DNA of 64,000 bases from Malacoraja senta (Eukaryota). Numbering within the stretch: the stretch's first letter is position 1; each line of letters begins with the position of its first letter. A model generated the notes under the pieces. The model worked only from the letters and a program-made list of their open reading frames with translations. It searched no databases and was not told the origin of the DNA. The stretch is from assembly GCA_038087875.1 (NCBI GenBank), contig JAXLNO010000446.1:744001-808000 (forward strand), in the 5' to 3' direction. Both the position numbers and the translations under genes were made by a program. Shown in pieces: positions 62,289-64,000 of the stretch.

Positions 62289-62707
62289 CTAAACAACTCC
62301 AGATCTTCTCTTGCAATCAAAGAGACTTGACAACTATTTGTAAATAATTTAGAGAGACAATGTTGCTTGATTTTTCATAATAATAATTAATATTATTATC
62401 ATGTAATATTAATGCTAATAATTTCCAGCAACTGGATTCCTGTTATTTCCGCTCAGTTTGGAAAGTGGCAGCAGTGTTCGCAGCAGCTGTGGAGAGACAT
62501 TTCAATTCATCCCACACAGCAAAAGCCACTGCATAAACTCAACAAGATGAGAAATGGCAATTGTGTTAACAGCCAGGAGCAGAAATTAAAATCTCTGCTC
62601 ATCCAAGGTGAGATGTGGCTCCCGCTGTTTCAATGTCAGGGCTTCTTACGCTATTGGAAGACAGATTGTATTGATGTTGATATGCTCTCATGAAAAATTA
62701 TGGAATA

Positions 62708-62956
62708 TTTAGACTTTAGAGATACAGTGCAGAAACAGTCCACTGCAACCAGCAATCCCAGCACTATCCTACACACTAGGAACAATTGACATTTTTTACC
62801 AAAGCCAAATTAACCTACAAACCTGCACGTCTTCGGAGTATTGGAGGAAACCGGAGCATTCGGAGAGAACCCATGCTGTCACATGGAACGTACACATTCC
62901 GTACAGACGGCACCTGTAGTCAGGATCGAACCTGGCACTCTGCCGCTGTGCCACCG
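62708..62956 (-). mobile_element. HE1-like V-SINE (deleted)
   Basis: Reverse tail, core and partial head. Confidence 0.75.
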
Positions 62957-63185
62957 TTCAGAAATGTCTCTTTCTGAAAGTGGTACAAGAGGTTTGGTGG
63001 TCTTCATCAGTCGGGGAATGGAGTGGAGAAGGAGACACAGAATTCTGGTGTAGCTCAATGTTGTAGGGGAAGGAATAGTGCGGGGTGATCACTAGTAAAT
63101 GGGGATGTGGACTGTGCCAATGTGGTGACTGGGAACCGCAGACAAAAACTAAAGGCAGAGACATGGAATGCAGCAGTGACAACAC

Positions 63186-63849
63186 AGTAACTCAGCGGGT
63201 CAGGCAGCATCTGTGGGGAACATGGATAGGTGACGTTTCACAGAGTGCTGGAGTAACTCAGCGGGTCAGGCAGCATCTGTGGAGAACATGGATAGGTGAC
63301 GTTTCACAGCGTGCTGGAGTAACTCAGCGGGTCAGGCAGCATCTGTGGAGAACATGGATAGGTGACGTTTCACAGAGTGCTGGAGTAACTCAGCGGGTCA
63401 GGCAGCATCTGTGGAGCGAAGGAAATGGGCAACCTTTCGGGCCGAAACCCTGAAGGAAATAGGCAACGTTTTGGGCCGAAACCCAGAAGGGTTTCGGGCC
63501 GAAACGTTGCCTATTTCCTTCGCTCTATAGATGCTGCCGGAACATGGATAGGCGACGTTTCACAGAGTGCTGGAGTAACTCAGCGGGTCAGGCAGCATCT
63601 GTGGAGGACATGGATAGGTGACGTTTCACAGAGTGCTGGAGTAACTCAGCGGGTCAGGCAGCATCTGTGGAGGACATGGATAGGTGACGTTTCACAGAGT
63701 GCTGGAGTAACTCTGCGGGTCAGGCAGCATCTGTGGAGAACATGGATAGGTGACGTTTCACAGAGTGCTGGAGTAACTCAGCGGGTCAGGCAGCATCTGT
63801 GGAGAACATGGATAGGTGACGTTTCGGGTCGAGACCCTTCTTCAGACTG
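63186..63849 (-). repeat. PLE-terminus-derived 66-bp tandem array (about 8 units) with a central inverted junction
   Basis: Unit gagtaactcagcgggtcaggcagcatctgtggagaacatggataggtgacgtttcacagagtgctg; 22-aa periodicity in the overlying ORFs. Confidence 0.92.
63815..63849 (-). ncRNA. Intact minimal type I hammerhead ribozyme motif
   Basis: Minus strand CAGU-CUGAAGA-A-GGGUC(UC)GACCC-GAAAC-GUC-ACC; all core nucleotides present, ACGU palindrome in place of stem III. Confidence 0.72.
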
Positions 63850-64000
63850 GCATTAGAATGGAAGTTAATTGTGGGCAGGAAGTGCATTACGGGACTTTGT
63901 ATGAAGGAGGTGGGCAGAATAACACTGAACATTCAGGAAATGGTGTCGGTTTTGGAGGGATGTTATATTATTCCAAGGGCTGTCCTTTCCCCATTGGTTT

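Noticed and set aside
62457..62607. Possible 151-nt host exon (ttccgctcag|...aag|gtgaga)
   Set aside because: Splice signals are plausible, but the translation resembles nothing I recognise and there are no partner exons; it needs RNA-seq.
63186..63849. CRISPR-like periodicity (also 48848-49078 and 26130-26310)
   Set aside because: Units are head-to-tail with no unique spacers, there are no cas genes, the context is vertebrate, and the units derive from PLE or Rex sequence.

Overview
Eukaryotic, repeat-saturated genomic DNA. It is almost certainly from a cartilaginous fish (shark/skate/ray), inferred from abundant HE1-type V-SINEs paired with HER1-type CR1 LINEs. I recognise no host protein-coding exon; every interpretable ORF is transposon-derived. 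Main contents: many CR1 LINE copies (two near ORF2-length, both decayed); tRNA-headed V-SINEs; Rex1/Babar, RTE, Vingi and L2/Crack-type LINE pieces; Penelope-like elements (PLEs) with GIY-YIG fragments and minimal hammerhead motifs; two decayed DIRS1-type tyrosine-recombinase retrotransposons with ITR/ICR ends; one internally deleted Ty3/Gypsy LTR element; a Harbinger-like MITE; a 2-kb G-rich minisatellite; several microsatellites. The most striking signal is non-coding: short non-autonomous retroelements whose 5' end is an HDV/CPEB3-like double-pseudoknot ribozyme instead of a tRNA head. Two carry 54-56-nt minimal ribozymes with Vingi-like (AAG)n tails (19383 +, 39277 -). One is an RTE-type element with a large-P4 ribozyme (23483 +; truncated sister copy at 4513). 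Where a target-site duplication is readable, the element boundary coincides with the predicted self-cleavage site. All folds were paired by eye and all family names come from recalled motifs, not database searches. Boundaries of small or old fragments are approximate.
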